Of a DNA stretch of 64,000 nt, positions 28,011-37,552 are shown one piece after another. The first letter of the stretch is position 1, and every line of letters begins with the position of its first letter. Position numbers and translations under genes: made by a program. The notes under the pieces were generated by a model. It saw nothing but the letters and a program-made list of their open reading frames with translations, was not told where the DNA came from and did no database searches. Source of the stretch: Alphaproteobacteria bacterium (GTDB taxonomy: Bacteria; Pseudomonadota; Alphaproteobacteria; GCA-2731375); contig CBDDPY010000002.1 in the NCBI GenBank assembly GCA_965232515.1, positions 576,001-640,000 on the forward strand, given 5' to 3'.

Positions 28011-29705
28011 ATGCATTACGACCTGAAGATCGCCGGCGGCACCATTGTCGACGGCACGGGCAAGCCCGGCTATGTCGGTGACATCGGCATTCATGACGGC
28101 AAGATCGTCGCTGTCGGCGCGGCGCCGATCGACGCCGAACAGACCATCGACGCCACCGGTCTGGTGGTGGCGCCCGGCTTCGTCGACATCCACACCCATT
28201 ACGACGCCCAGATCCTCTGGGACCGCATGCTGACGATTTCGCCATGGCACGGTGTCACCACCGTCGTGATGGGCAACTGCGGCTTCGGCGTCGCGCCGAC
28301 GCGGGCCGACCACCGCAACATGATCCTGCGCACGCTGGAAAAGGTCGAGGGCATGAGCCTGTCGGCGCTGGAGGCAGGCCTCGGCAACGACTGGCCGTTC
28401 GAGACCTTTCCCGAATACATGGACGCGCTCGAGCACCGGGGTATGGCGGTCAACGTCGGCGTGCTTGCCGGGCATACGCCGATCCGTACTTACGTGATGG
28501 GCGAGGACGCGGTCACCCGTTCGGAGGCCAACGCCGAGGAGATCGGCGCCATGCAGGCGATCGTCGCCGAGGCCATGGAGGCCGGCGCGCTCGGCTTCGC
28601 CACCTCGCACGCGGCGACGCATCACGGCTATGACGGCAATCCCGTGCCGAGCCGCCTCGCGCCGTTCGAGGAAATCGATGCCCTGGTCGGCGCCATGGCC
28701 GAGAGCGGGCGGGGCATCATGCAGGCCACGATCGGCCGCAGCCTGCTGCATGACGAGTTCATCGCGTTGGCGAAGACGCATGGCGTACCGATTACCTGGA
28801 CGGCGCTGCTGTCCGGCCTGTCCGGGCCCGGCTCGCACCGCAAGCACCTCGACCGCACGCAGGCCTGCGTCGACCAGGGCCTGCGCATCGTGCCGCAGGT
28901 CGCCTGCCGGCCGATCATGTTCGACTTCGATTTCGACGAGCCGTTCCCCTTCGAGATGCGGCCGCTGTTTGCGCCGACCATGAAGACGGACCGGGACGGA
29001 CGTCGGACGATCTATGCAGATGCCGATTTCCGCCGCGCTTTCCGCGAGGACGTGGCTGTCGGCGCCAAGACGCCGCTCGCCGGCTGGGCCGAGCGCGCGG
29101 TGATCTCACTATCGCCGTCCGACCGGACGCTGGAGGAACGGCCGCTGACGCAAGTCGCCGCCGAGCGCGGCGTGAACGCTTCCGATCTGGCGCTCGACCT
29201 CAGCCTGGAGACCGACTTCGAGGCGCGCTTCCGCTTCGCGATCCTGAACAATGACGAAGCCGAGGTGGAAGAACTGCTGCTGGACGACAACACGGTGGTG
29301 GCGCTGTCGGATGCCGGCGCGCATGCCAGCCAGCTCTGCGATGCCTGCTACTCGACTTATCTGCTGGGGCATTGGGTGCGCGAAAAGAAGGCCATGGGCG
29401 TGGAGCAGGCCGTCGCCAAGCTGACGTCAGAACCGGCCGATTTGTTCGGCATCAGTGACCGTGGGCGCCTGGCCGAAGGCCTCGCCGCCGACATTGTCGT
29501 GTTCGACCCCGAAACGGTCGGTGCCGGTGGTCTGCAACGCGTCCATGACTTTCCGGCGGGTGCCGATCGCTTGGTCTCGGAAGCCAGCGGCATCGCAGCC
29601 GTGGTCGTCAACGGCACGGTGATCCGGCAGGACGGCAACGACGCCGTGGATACAACCGGCGATTTGCCCGGCCGTCTGCTGCGCGGTGGACAGGCCGGCG
29701 CCTAG
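28011..29705 (+). CDS. N-acyl-D-amino-acid deacylase family amidohydrolase
   Basis: PGFVDIHTHYD, GVTTVVMGNCG, SDAGAH, DRGRLAEGLAADIVVFDP. Confidence 0.9.
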   Translation: MHYDLKIAGGTIVDGTGKPGYVGDIGIHDGKIVAVGAAPIDAEQTIDATGLVVAPGFVDIHTHYDAQILWDRMLTISPWHGVTTVVMGNCGFGVAPTRADHRNMILRTLEKVEGMSLSALEAGLGNDWPFETFPEYMDALEHRGMAVNVGVLAGHTPIRTYVMGEDAVTRSEANAEEIGAMQAIVAEAMEAGALGFATSHAATHHGYDGNPVPSRLAPFEEIDALVGAMAESGRGIMQATIGRSLLHDEFIALAKTHGVPITWTALLSGLSGPGSHRKHLDRTQACVDQGLRIVPQVACRPIMFDFDFDEPFPFEMRPLFAPTMKTDRDGRRTIYADADFRRAFREDVAVGAKTPLAGWAERAVISLSPSDRTLEERPLTQVAAERGVNASDLALDLSLETDFEARFRFAILNNDEAEVEELLLDDNTVVALSDAGAHASQLCDACYSTYLLGHWVREKKAMGVEQAVAKLTSEPADLFGISDRGRLAEGLAADIVVFDPETVGAGGLQRVHDFPAGADRLVSEASGIAAVVVNGTVIRQDGNDAVDTTGDLPGRLLRGGQAGA

Positions 29706-30742
29706 TCCGGCTCCAGCATCACCTTGATCTGGTCGCTCGGCCGCTTCAGGGCTTCGAAGGCGTCAGGGAAGGCGTCGAAGCCGACGCTGTCGGTGATCAT
29801 GCCCGACACGTCGATGCGCTCTCGGCCCAGCATCTCGATGACGATCTCGAAGTCGCGACGGCGGTAGATGAAAACAAAAGTGATATCGAGTTCCTTGGTG
29901 ATCGCTGTCGCCGGAAATATCTGATCGGCCAGCATGCAGAGGCCGACGACGACCACGCGTGCATCGGGCGGCGCATAGTCGATGGCAAGCTGCAGGCTGC
30001 CGGGCAAGCCGACGCAATCGAAGACGATTTGCGGCGGACCGACACATAGTTTCGCCGTGCGCGCCGCGACGTCCTCTCGGCCGGCATCGATCACTGCCGT
30101 CGCACCGAAATCGATGGCGCGTTCGGCCCGGGCCGAAATCAGATCGCTGACGACGATGTGGCGCGCGCCGAAAAACCGGCACCAGATGGCGACGGCAAGG
30201 CCGACGGGACCGGCGCCGATAATCAGCACGGCATCGCCGGCAGATAGGCGCGCTTTGTTGACGGCGTTCAGACCGACGGCCAATGGCTCCACCAGGGCGC
30301 CCTCATGGAAACTCACTGAGTCGGGCAGGGCCAGGGTCTCGCTGGCGCCGATGCGGGTGTATTCGGCATAAGCGCCCGTTACGTCCGACGTCGTCCGTGG
30401 CAGCACGTCGGGACAGCGATAAGAGCGGCCGGCGAGGCAGGCGGCGCAGCGGCCGCAGCCGATGAACGGTTGCGCGCAGACCCGCGTACCTGTCTTCCAT
30501 TGCCCGGCGAGATCCCGGCCCACCGCAACGACTTCGCCGGCGAATTCGTGCCCCATGACGTTGCCGGGCTTCAGCTTGCGCCAGCCGACGTTCGTATCCG
30601 GACTTTCCGACCAGTGCAGGTCCGTGCCGCAAATACCGCAGCTCTTGACCTGAAGAACCAGTTCCTCCGGCCCCGGTTCCGGGTCGGGCACATTCTCGAT
30701 GACGAGCGGCTGTCCCGCCGCCTTGAACACCGCTGCCTTCAT
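29702..30742 (-). CDS. Zinc-dependent alcohol dehydrogenase (MDR family)
   Basis: CGICGTDLH, GHEFAG, CGRCAAC...C, GAGPVG. Confidence 0.92.
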   Translation of the reverse strand: MKAAVFKAAGQPLVIENVPDPEPGPEELVLQVKSCGICGTDLHWSESPDTNVGWRKLKPGNVMGHEFAGEVVAVGRDLAGQWKTGTRVCAQPFIGCGRCAACLAGRSYRCPDVLPRTTSDVTGAYAEYTRIGASETLALPDSVSFHEGALVEPLAVGLNAVNKARLSAGDAVLIIGAGPVGLAVAIWCRFFGARHIVVSDLISARAERAIDFGATAVIDAGREDVAARTAKLCVGPPQIVFDCVGLPGSLQLAIDYAPPDARVVVVGLCMLADQIFPATAITKELDITFVFIYRRRDFEIVIEMLGRERIDVSGMITDSVGFDAFPDAFEALKRPSDQIKVMLEPD

Positions 30743-30911
30743 CTTGATCGTCTCGTGCTGCTTCGGTGGTTCATCGTGCAGAAACGACCGATCTCTCGCA
30801 ACGGTCCGGCGTTGGTCGTTGGGGACGCCGGCGTGATTTGTTTCGTTTCCGACCCACCCCTATAGTCATGAGGCAGACCATTCGTGCCAATCCAAGCATG
30901 GGGAGGTCCAC

Positions 30912-31127
30912 ATGTCGGAGAGCGTCTACAAGGTCGTTGAATTGGTGGGTACGAGTGCCGAGTCCTGGGAGAAGGCGGCTGCCGCGGCGGTCAATCGGGC
31001 GAGCGAGAGTTTGCGGGATCTGCGCATCGCCGAGGTCGCCGAACTGGACATGCAGATCGAAGAAGGCCGCATCGTCGCCTACCGCGCGAAGGTCAAGGTC
31101 TCGTTCAAGTACGAAGGCGGCGGCTGA
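30912..31127 (+). CDS. Dodecin (flavin-binding)
   Basis: 71 aa; VYKVVELVGTSAESWEKA...YRAKVKVSFKY; GGGGAGG RBS. Confidence 0.93.
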   Translation: MSESVYKVVELVGTSAESWEKAAAAAVNRASESLRDLRIAEVAELDMQIEEGRIVAYRAKVKVSFKYEGGG

Positions 31128-31534
31128 GCCGCCGTTCGTCGCCGCCGACTTGATTTTCGGATCCAGCGCGGCGGCACCGAACCAAAGTATGAACACTTAA
31201 ACGGCCGTTGTCGCCGCAGATCGAGTGGCGCTGGTCGGCCCAGCCGTAGCTGTGCTCGCACGGGGCGCACGACCTGCGTCGCCGCCGATTACATCAACAT
31301 TTACGAACACCCCCTATTCGCAATCGTTCGTTGTGCCGTCCTTGGCGTCTGAATAATCCCAGGCGCGTATTTGTCGTGGCCGTCCGGGGGGCCAAACAGT
31401 GGGCCGCGAACGTCTCACCCGCATCTCCGGATTCCGGCAAAGCATTGTCGTACGCGTCGGGTCGGATCGTTCCAACTTGGTTCGACGGTGACGCCAGCGC
31501 GCACGAAAAAAAGAAGAAAAAGGAGAAATCAAGA

Positions 31535-32215
31535 ATGCATGTTTTCACGAAACACTGGCGGCGGCTGATGCCTTGGCTGTTTCTGCTGATTGGCATGACC
31601 AGCGTCGCAGTGGCAACGCCTGTCAAAGCGATTCCGCTGGCGCCCGGCGAAACGCTGCGTGTCCGTTTCGAGCAGCCATCGTCGCCGAACTTCCCCAATC
31701 CGGGCATTCCGCCCGACAACCCCTTCAACATCGCCAACATGCTGTTCGGCACGCTTGACGTGACGGCCGCCTTCGGTCCTGTTTCCGCGTTGTTCGAGCT
31801 GTTCGACGGCGCAGACTTTCTCGGCAGCTATACGCTGGATTTCGCCACGCCTTTCACGTCCTTCGCCTTCGTCGCCCCCGGCAATCCCTACACGTTCAGG
31901 GCCGGCGCCGTATCGGATCTGAGCACGCTCGAAGACGCCACGATCGACGGCCTGATCGAAATCACCAACACCAGCGCGATAACCTTCGATTTCAATGTCC
32001 GGAACCTGTCGGCCGGGCGCGGCCTGGGCAGCAATTCCATCTCTGAGTTTGCCCCATCGCCCGTCATCACCTTTCAAGGCAGGCTGGAAGACGATCCAAA
32101 CCCGATCGGCGAGACACCGACCGTTGTCGTGCCGGAACCCGAAACCCTGACCTTGTTTGCGGCCGGCCTGGCTGCCCTGTTCCTGATCCGTCGGTGCCGG
32201 CTCGTCTGGGCCTAG
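31535..32215 (+). CDS. PEP-CTERM sorting-signal surface protein
   Basis: Signal peptide; C-terminal VPEP, TM segment and basic tail (VPEPETLTLFAAGLAALFLIRRCR); AAGGAG RBS. Confidence 0.85.
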   Translation: MHVFTKHWRRLMPWLFLLIGMTSVAVATPVKAIPLAPGETLRVRFEQPSSPNFPNPGIPPDNPFNIANMLFGTLDVTAAFGPVSALFELFDGADFLGSYTLDFATPFTSFAFVAPGNPYTFRAGAVSDLSTLEDATIDGLIEITNTSAITFDFNVRNLSAGRGLGSNSISEFAPSPVITFQGRLEDDPNPIGETPTVVVPEPETLTLFAAGLAALFLIRRCRLVWA

Positions 32216-32290
32216 CTGAAGCGTCGGTCGGTTGCATTCGCCCGCTTCGATCTGCGAGGCTGATCTTGGCCAGCGCGGAAGGAGCGGGCG

Positions 32291-33097
32291 ATGCCGTCGA
32301 TCGAGCGTGCCGGGTGCAGCATTCACTATGACGATATCGGGGACGGGCCGGCGCTGGTGCTGGGGCACAGCTTTCTTTGCTCTGGTGAGATGTGGGCGCC
32401 GCAGGTCGCGGCTCTGTCGTCGCACTACCGGCTGATCAACGTCGACTGGCCCGGGCACGGCCGTTCCGAACCCGCGACCCAGCCGTTCAATCTCGAAGAC
32501 CTCGCAGGACACGTCATCGCGCTGCTCGATCATCTCGAGATCGAGCGCGCGGTCTGGGCCGGGCTGTCGATCGGCGGCATGGTGGCGCTGCGAGGGGCGC
32601 TGGCGCGGCCGGACCGGGTCGACGGTCTTGTGCTGCTGGACACCACGGCCGGCGACGAGGCGCTTGGGTCGAAAATGAAGTTCCGGATGATGGGCCTGAT
32701 GGCGAGATTGTTCGGCATCAGGCCGCTGATGCCGTCCATCCTGCCGCTGATGTTCGGCGAGACGTCCCGCAAGGAACGGACCGATCTGGTCGAGGCATGG
32801 CGATCGCGCATCGCGGCGACCGATGTTCCGTCGTTGCTGATGACGTTGGATGCCCTGATGGCGCGGGAGTCGCTGTTGCCGCGGCTGCCGGAGATCAACA
32901 TACCTGTCTTGGTAATGGTCGGCGCGGAAGATGCCGCCCTGCCGCCGGATCATTCACGGGCCTTAGTCGCCCATCTGCCGCAGGCAACGCTCGACATCAT
33001 TCCCGGTGCCGGCCACTTGACGACATTGGAGCAGCCCGATGTGGTGAACGACGCGATGTCGGCGTTTCTGAACCGGATCCATCCGACGTCCGGGTAG
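32291..33097 (+). CDS. Alpha/beta hydrolase (enol-lactonase-like)
   Basis: GHGRS, GLSIGG nucleophile elbow, GAED, AGH. Confidence 0.9.
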   Translation: MPSIERAGCSIHYDDIGDGPALVLGHSFLCSGEMWAPQVAALSSHYRLINVDWPGHGRSEPATQPFNLEDLAGHVIALLDHLEIERAVWAGLSIGGMVALRGALARPDRVDGLVLLDTTAGDEALGSKMKFRMMGLMARLFGIRPLMPSILPLMFGETSRKERTDLVEAWRSRIAATDVPSLLMTLDALMARESLLPRLPEINIPVLVMVGAEDAALPPDHSRALVAHLPQATLDIIPGAGHLTTLEQPDVVNDAMSAFLNRIHPTSG

Positions 33098-33172
33098 GTA
33101 ATCGGGCGCTTGCCGCGCCGCCGCAGTTGGGGTCTAGTTTCGATAACACCAGCTTGCATTAGGGGGCTAGCG

Positions 33173-34783
33173 ATGAGACGGCGACTGATTTGGGCGGCGG
33201 CTTTCGGTTTTATGCTGACGGCGACGGTGGCGCAAGCGGACTATACGCTGACCATCCTTCACATAAACGACATGCACAGCCGGCTGGAGCCGATTAACAA
33301 GTACGACTCCACTTGCAAACCCGAAGATGATGCGGCCGGCAAGTGCTTCGGCGGCATCGCCCGCGTTAAGACCAAGATCGATGAGCGGCGCGCGGCGATC
33401 GGCGCCGGGGGTGGGAACGTCCTGGCGCTCGACGCCGGCGATCAGTTCCAGGGCTCGTTGTTCTACACGACCTACAAGGGCGCGGCGGCGGCCGAATTCA
33501 TGAACCTGATCGGCTTCGACGCCATGGCCGTCGGCAACCATGAATTCGACGACGGACCGGAGGCGCTTGCGAGTTTTCTCGACAAGGCGGAGTTTCCGGT
33601 CCTGCTCGGCAATGTGGATGTCTCGAATTCCGACGTTCTGCGCGGCCGGCTTGCGGGCCACGTCGCGCTCGACGTCGGCGGCGAGAAAATCGGCATCATT
33701 GGCGTTTTAGCCGAGGATACGGGCGAGTTGTCGGCTTCCGGACCCGACGTCGTGTTCCAGCGCGCGGAAGACTACATCCGTGCCGCCGTCGCCGAGCTTG
33801 AGACCCGCGGCGTCAACAAGATCATCGCGCTGACGCACACCGGCCTGCCGCGGGATCGGGAAATCGCGGCGGCTGTTTCCGGTGTCGACCTGATCGTCGG
33901 CGGGCATTCGCATACGCTCTTGTCCAATACTGCGGACCGGGCCGCCGGCAGCTATCCGGTCTGGGTCAAGAACCCGGACGGCGTGAACGTACCGATTGTG
34001 CAGGCGGGCGCCTACTCGAAGTATCTCGGCGAGATCGAGATCAAATTTGACGATGCCGGTCGCGTCGTGTCCGCCAAAGGTGAACCGCACCTGCTGGATG
34101 GTTCCGTGACGCCGGACCCGACGGTCGCGGCGCGGCTGGCGGAACTGGCGGCGCCGATCGAGGAACTGAAAAGCCGGGTCGTGGCCGAGACCAGCGCACC
34201 GATCGACGGCGACCGCGGCAACTGCCGTGGCGGCGAGTGTGAGATGGGCAACCTGGTCGCCGAGGCCATGCTTGACCGGGTCAAGGATCAAGGCATCGGT
34301 ATTGCCATTCAGAACGGCGGCGGTTTGCGCGCGTCGATCGACGCCGGCCCGATCACCATGGGCGAAGTGCTGACGGTGTTGCCGTTCCAGAACACGGTGG
34401 CGACGTTCAAGCTGAAGGGCAGCGATATCGTCGCCGCGCTCGAGGGCGGCGTCAGTCAGGTCGAAGACGGCAAGGGCCGCTTTCCCCAGGTTGCCGGACT
34501 GAAGTTCACCTGGACCCGTGCGGTGGCGCCGAACGGTGGCCGGATCAAGTCGGTCGAGGTCATGGACGGCGGCGCCTGGACGCCGATCGATCCCGACAAG
34601 GTCTATGGCGTGGTGACCAACAACTTCATGCGCGGGGGCGGCGACGGCTACAAGGTCTTCGCGACCAACGCCATGGACGCCTATGACTACGGGCCGGGTC
34701 TCGAAACGGTGGTCGCCGAGTATCTTGCCGCGGCGGGCAGCTACAAGCCGTTCGTCGACGGCCGTATTCGCGAACTCCAGTAG
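33173..34783 (+). CDS. Periplasmic 5'-nucleotidase/UDP-sugar hydrolase (UshA-like)
   Basis: Signal peptide; HINDMHS, DAGD, GNHEFD, GGHSH, QNGGGLRA, GGDGY. Confidence 0.93.
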   Translation: MRRRLIWAAAFGFMLTATVAQADYTLTILHINDMHSRLEPINKYDSTCKPEDDAAGKCFGGIARVKTKIDERRAAIGAGGGNVLALDAGDQFQGSLFYTTYKGAAAAEFMNLIGFDAMAVGNHEFDDGPEALASFLDKAEFPVLLGNVDVSNSDVLRGRLAGHVALDVGGEKIGIIGVLAEDTGELSASGPDVVFQRAEDYIRAAVAELETRGVNKIIALTHTGLPRDREIAAAVSGVDLIVGGHSHTLLSNTADRAAGSYPVWVKNPDGVNVPIVQAGAYSKYLGEIEIKFDDAGRVVSAKGEPHLLDGSVTPDPTVAARLAELAAPIEELKSRVVAETSAPIDGDRGNCRGGECEMGNLVAEAMLDRVKDQGIGIAIQNGGGLRASIDAGPITMGEVLTVLPFQNTVATFKLKGSDIVAALEGGVSQVEDGKGRFPQVAGLKFTWTRAVAPNGGRIKSVEVMDGGAWTPIDPDKVYGVVTNNFMRGGGDGYKVFATNAMDAYDYGPGLETVVAEYLAAAGSYKPFVDGRIRELQ

Positions 34784-34787
34784 GCTC

Positions 34788-34826
34788 AAAAAGAAACGGC
34801 GGCGCCCTGGGGGAGGGGCGCCGCCG
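34788..34826 (-). terminator. Intrinsic terminator with C-rich loop
   Basis: Minus strand CGGCGGCGCCC-CTCCCCCA-GGGCGCCGCCG-TTTCTTTTT. Confidence 0.8.
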
Positions 34827-34915
34827 GTACGCGGCGGGGGGCGTCAGCGGCGGGGTCTGCTGCGCTGGGGGCGGGGAGCCCGTCTACAGCACGCGCGGCG
34901 ACGTCACCCGGCCTT
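34788..34915 (-). ncRNA. Candidate C-rich-loop small RNA (independent or mlaC 3'-UTR derived)
   Basis: Successive short hairpins with loops UCCCC, AGACCCC, CCCCCGCC and CUCCCCCA, ending in the terminator ~140 nt after the mlaC stop; 5' end uncertain. Confidence 0.45.
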
Positions 34916-34967
34916 ACAACTGATTATCTGGCAGTTTTCTGTTTCCGTTCCGGTCCGGCCGGGACTC

Positions 34968-35594
34968 TCAGGCGGCGGCCTTCTTCTTCAGCGCGGCGAT
35001 CAGGACATCGAGCTTGCCACCGTTGCTGCGGATCAGCGATGCGAACTCCGAACGCTGGGTCACCGCCATCGAGACGTTCTCCACCACGACGTCGATGATC
35101 TTGAAGCTGCCGTCGCGCTCGCGCACCCGCCAGTCGATCTTCAGCGACCGGCCGTCGGGTCCGGCGAACACCGTGGTAACCATGGTGTCTTTCTCGTCGA
35201 TGGCGCGGCTGCCCTTGATCTCGACGGCGAGTTCGTCGAGCTGTGACAGGCGGCGCACATACGTCTTCACGACATAGCGCTCGAACGCCTGCATGTAGGC
35301 GGCGCGCTGGGTATCGTCGGCCCGGCGCCAGTGGCGTCCCAACACGGTGCGGCTGAGCGTCTTGATATCGAAGCCGTCGACGAACAGCGTGTGCAGCTCG
35401 GCCGCCTTCTGGGTTTCGCTCAACTGGCCGTCGGCGAGCACCGTAATGGCGTTCTGGCTCAAATTGGCGATGTGGTCCGTCGCGGTGGTCGCATCGGCGA
35501 GCGCCGGGCGGGTAAGGCCGCTGACGGCGGTCAGAACCAGACCGGCGACCATGGTGGCTTTGAGGGTGGCTTTGAAGCTGCGACGGACGAACAT
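34968..35594 (-). CDS. mlaC: MlaC/Ttg2D family periplasmic lipid-binding protein (second paralogue)
   Basis: Signal peptide; FDIKTLSRTVLGRHWR, IDWRV, KIIDVVVENVSMAVTQRSEFAS. Confidence 0.9.
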   Translation of the reverse strand: MFVRRSFKATLKATMVAGLVLTAVSGLTRPALADATTATDHIANLSQNAITVLADGQLSETQKAAELHTLFVDGFDIKTLSRTVLGRHWRRADDTQRAAYMQAFERYVVKTYVRRLSQLDELAVEIKGSRAIDEKDTMVTTVFAGPDGRSLKIDWRVRERDGSFKIIDVVVENVSMAVTQRSEFASLIRSNGGKLDVLIAALKKKAAA

Positions 35595-36219
35595 CTCTCA
35601 AACTCCTCTCGATCTGAACCACATCGGACCTGTTGACGTGTTGGTCGAGGTCCCCCGAATTTGATCCGCGCTTTGGCTCGGTCAGCGACCCGTCGGCGCG
35701 ATCTGAAAGGGGTATTGCAGGCCCTGGGCCAATCGTCCCATTGCCTCGACAAATTTGGCCGGTTAACCACCTAAGTGATTTGAACTGAGGCAATAATTGG
35801 GATCATCGTGTCTGGTGTTTAATCCTAATATTGCTTAACCATGGGCAATAAGTGACCCATTTCGACACGCGCTGGCCCAATCCTGGTCGGGCCGGCTGGC
35901 GTATTGGCCGGATGTCGAAGCTGATGCCCTCTGCGGTTTCCCGGCAGCGCGATCTGGTCCCGAAATTGGACATGCCGAGACGCGACAATGGCGTTGTAAG
36001 ATTGAATTGGCGGCGGATTCGCTATTTTGACAATACGCAGAATCCCAGTTTCAAATAATGATGTTCTAATTTAGCCGAAATTGCCCGTATATTTGATTAT
36101 ATATTGAGAAAATTTACTTTGAATGGAATTATCACTGGTATCGAGGAAGAAGTTGTTATCCGGATATTTGATTCTGCGGTGGAAAATTGTAAATTGTACG
36201 CGCTTGAGGGCCAAGCCAA

Positions 36220-36798
36220 TTGCGGAAGTCGGAAATTCAGCTTCATGATCTGGTGATCGCCGAGCGTTTCGATGCGCTTAGCCAGTTCTACATGGAGCTG
36301 GGGATGCCGACGCCGCGCATTGTCTGGTCGCCGACGGTTGCGGAATTGGAGCAGGCACAGCTGCAATTTCTGCTGACCTATTGGCAGGGGCTGCGGGACG
36401 GTGCGGGCCGGGTGCCCGTTGGCAGCATCGATGCGCTCAATATGCGGCCGGCCCTGGGATACGTCATGTTGCTCGACGTGCTGGATGGCGGCGCCGACTT
36501 TCGTTATCGGCTTTACGGCAGCGTCATTGCGCAACATTCGAACTTTGACATGACTGGACGGCGCTTGTCGGAGTTGAAGCCCGAACAGGGGGTCGGCGCG
36601 TTCTTTCAGGTGGTCTACCGCGCAGTGCTGGCCCGGCCTGAGCCGATCTACACAGAGCACGCGCCGCCACCGACGATACGGGTCAAGCTTTGGTATCGGC
36701 TGATCCTGCCCTTGTTCGACGATAACGGCGTGGTGTGCCGGCTGCTGGTCGGCAACGTGCCCGGCGAGTGGCGAAATCCCGATCTACCGTTCGGTTGA
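36220..36798 (+). CDS. Stand-alone PAS domain protein (PAS_5-like)
   Basis: LLTYWQGLR, LGYVMLLDV, FRYRLYGS, DMTGRRL, RLILPL; TTG start. Confidence 0.8.
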   Translation: MRKSEIQLHDLVIAERFDALSQFYMELGMPTPRIVWSPTVAELEQAQLQFLLTYWQGLRDGAGRVPVGSIDALNMRPALGYVMLLDVLDGGADFRYRLYGSVIAQHSNFDMTGRRLSELKPEQGVGAFFQVVYRAVLARPEPIYTEHAPPPTIRVKLWYRLILPLFDDNGVVCRLLVGNVPGEWRNPDLPFG

Positions 36799-36901
36799 TC
36801 ACATGCGCGACGCGGCCTCGAAATCGTCGGATTGCAAGTTGCAATAGCTGGCGCCATTGCGCATCGTCGGCGGTCTGTTTCGACCATACGGGACCGCCAG
36901 C

Positions 36902-37543
36902 ATGCCGAACCGCATTGAAAGTGTCGCCGCGTTGACCGAGTTGGGGCGGGTACAGCTGTCGCCGCATTTTTTCATGCGCGAGATGCTTTACAGCGAGGTC
37001 GCGAACTTCCATGGCATGCCAAACATTCCCGACGACCCGGATCTGGCTATCGAGGTCGGGAAGAAGCTGGCCGAGCAGATCCTGGAACCGCTGCATGACG
37101 CATTCGGCGCCGTGACGATCCGCAGCGCTTATCGCTCGCCGTCCGTGAATGGATTCTGCAACGAGATGTTCGAGAAGGGCGAGCGGTCCTATTTCTGCAG
37201 TCCGAACGACTACAACCGCGCCCGACATATCTGGGACCAACGCGATGCGGAAGGCTTCCTCGGCGCCACGGTCAGCATTGTCATCCCCTGGTACCTACCG
37301 CGCTTCGCCGGGAGCCAGGACCCCCGGCCGCTCGCCTGGTGGATCCGCGACCATGTGCCGGCCTACGATTCCATGTCGTTCTATCCCTGGCTCTGCGCCT
37401 TCAACATCCGCTGGTACGAGGGCGACAGCGATCAGGAGATCCGCCTCAGCGACGGCGTCGACAGTGAGGTGCTGACGCGGCGCGACATGGCCAACTTCGA
37501 TGGCGACCACAGCGCCAGCTATCCCGGCTTCCCGGGCGCGTAG
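36902..37543 (+). CDS. Peptidase M15 family protein
   Basis: GRVQLSPHFFMREMLYSE, LEPL, IRSAYRSPSVN, HIWD. Confidence 0.8.
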   Translation: MPNRIESVAALTELGRVQLSPHFFMREMLYSEVANFHGMPNIPDDPDLAIEVGKKLAEQILEPLHDAFGAVTIRSAYRSPSVNGFCNEMFEKGERSYFCSPNDYNRARHIWDQRDAEGFLGATVSIVIPWYLPRFAGSQDPRPLAWWIRDHVPAYDSMSFYPWLCAFNIRWYEGDSDQEIRLSDGVDSEVLTRRDMANFDGDHSASYPGFPGA

Positions 37544-37552
37544 GCGGCCGGT

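Noticed and set aside
31200-31534. Sigma54 promoter or PrsR enhancer for the PEP-CTERM gene
   Set aside because: No convincing -24/-12 motif or TGT-N-ACA enhancer was found by eye.
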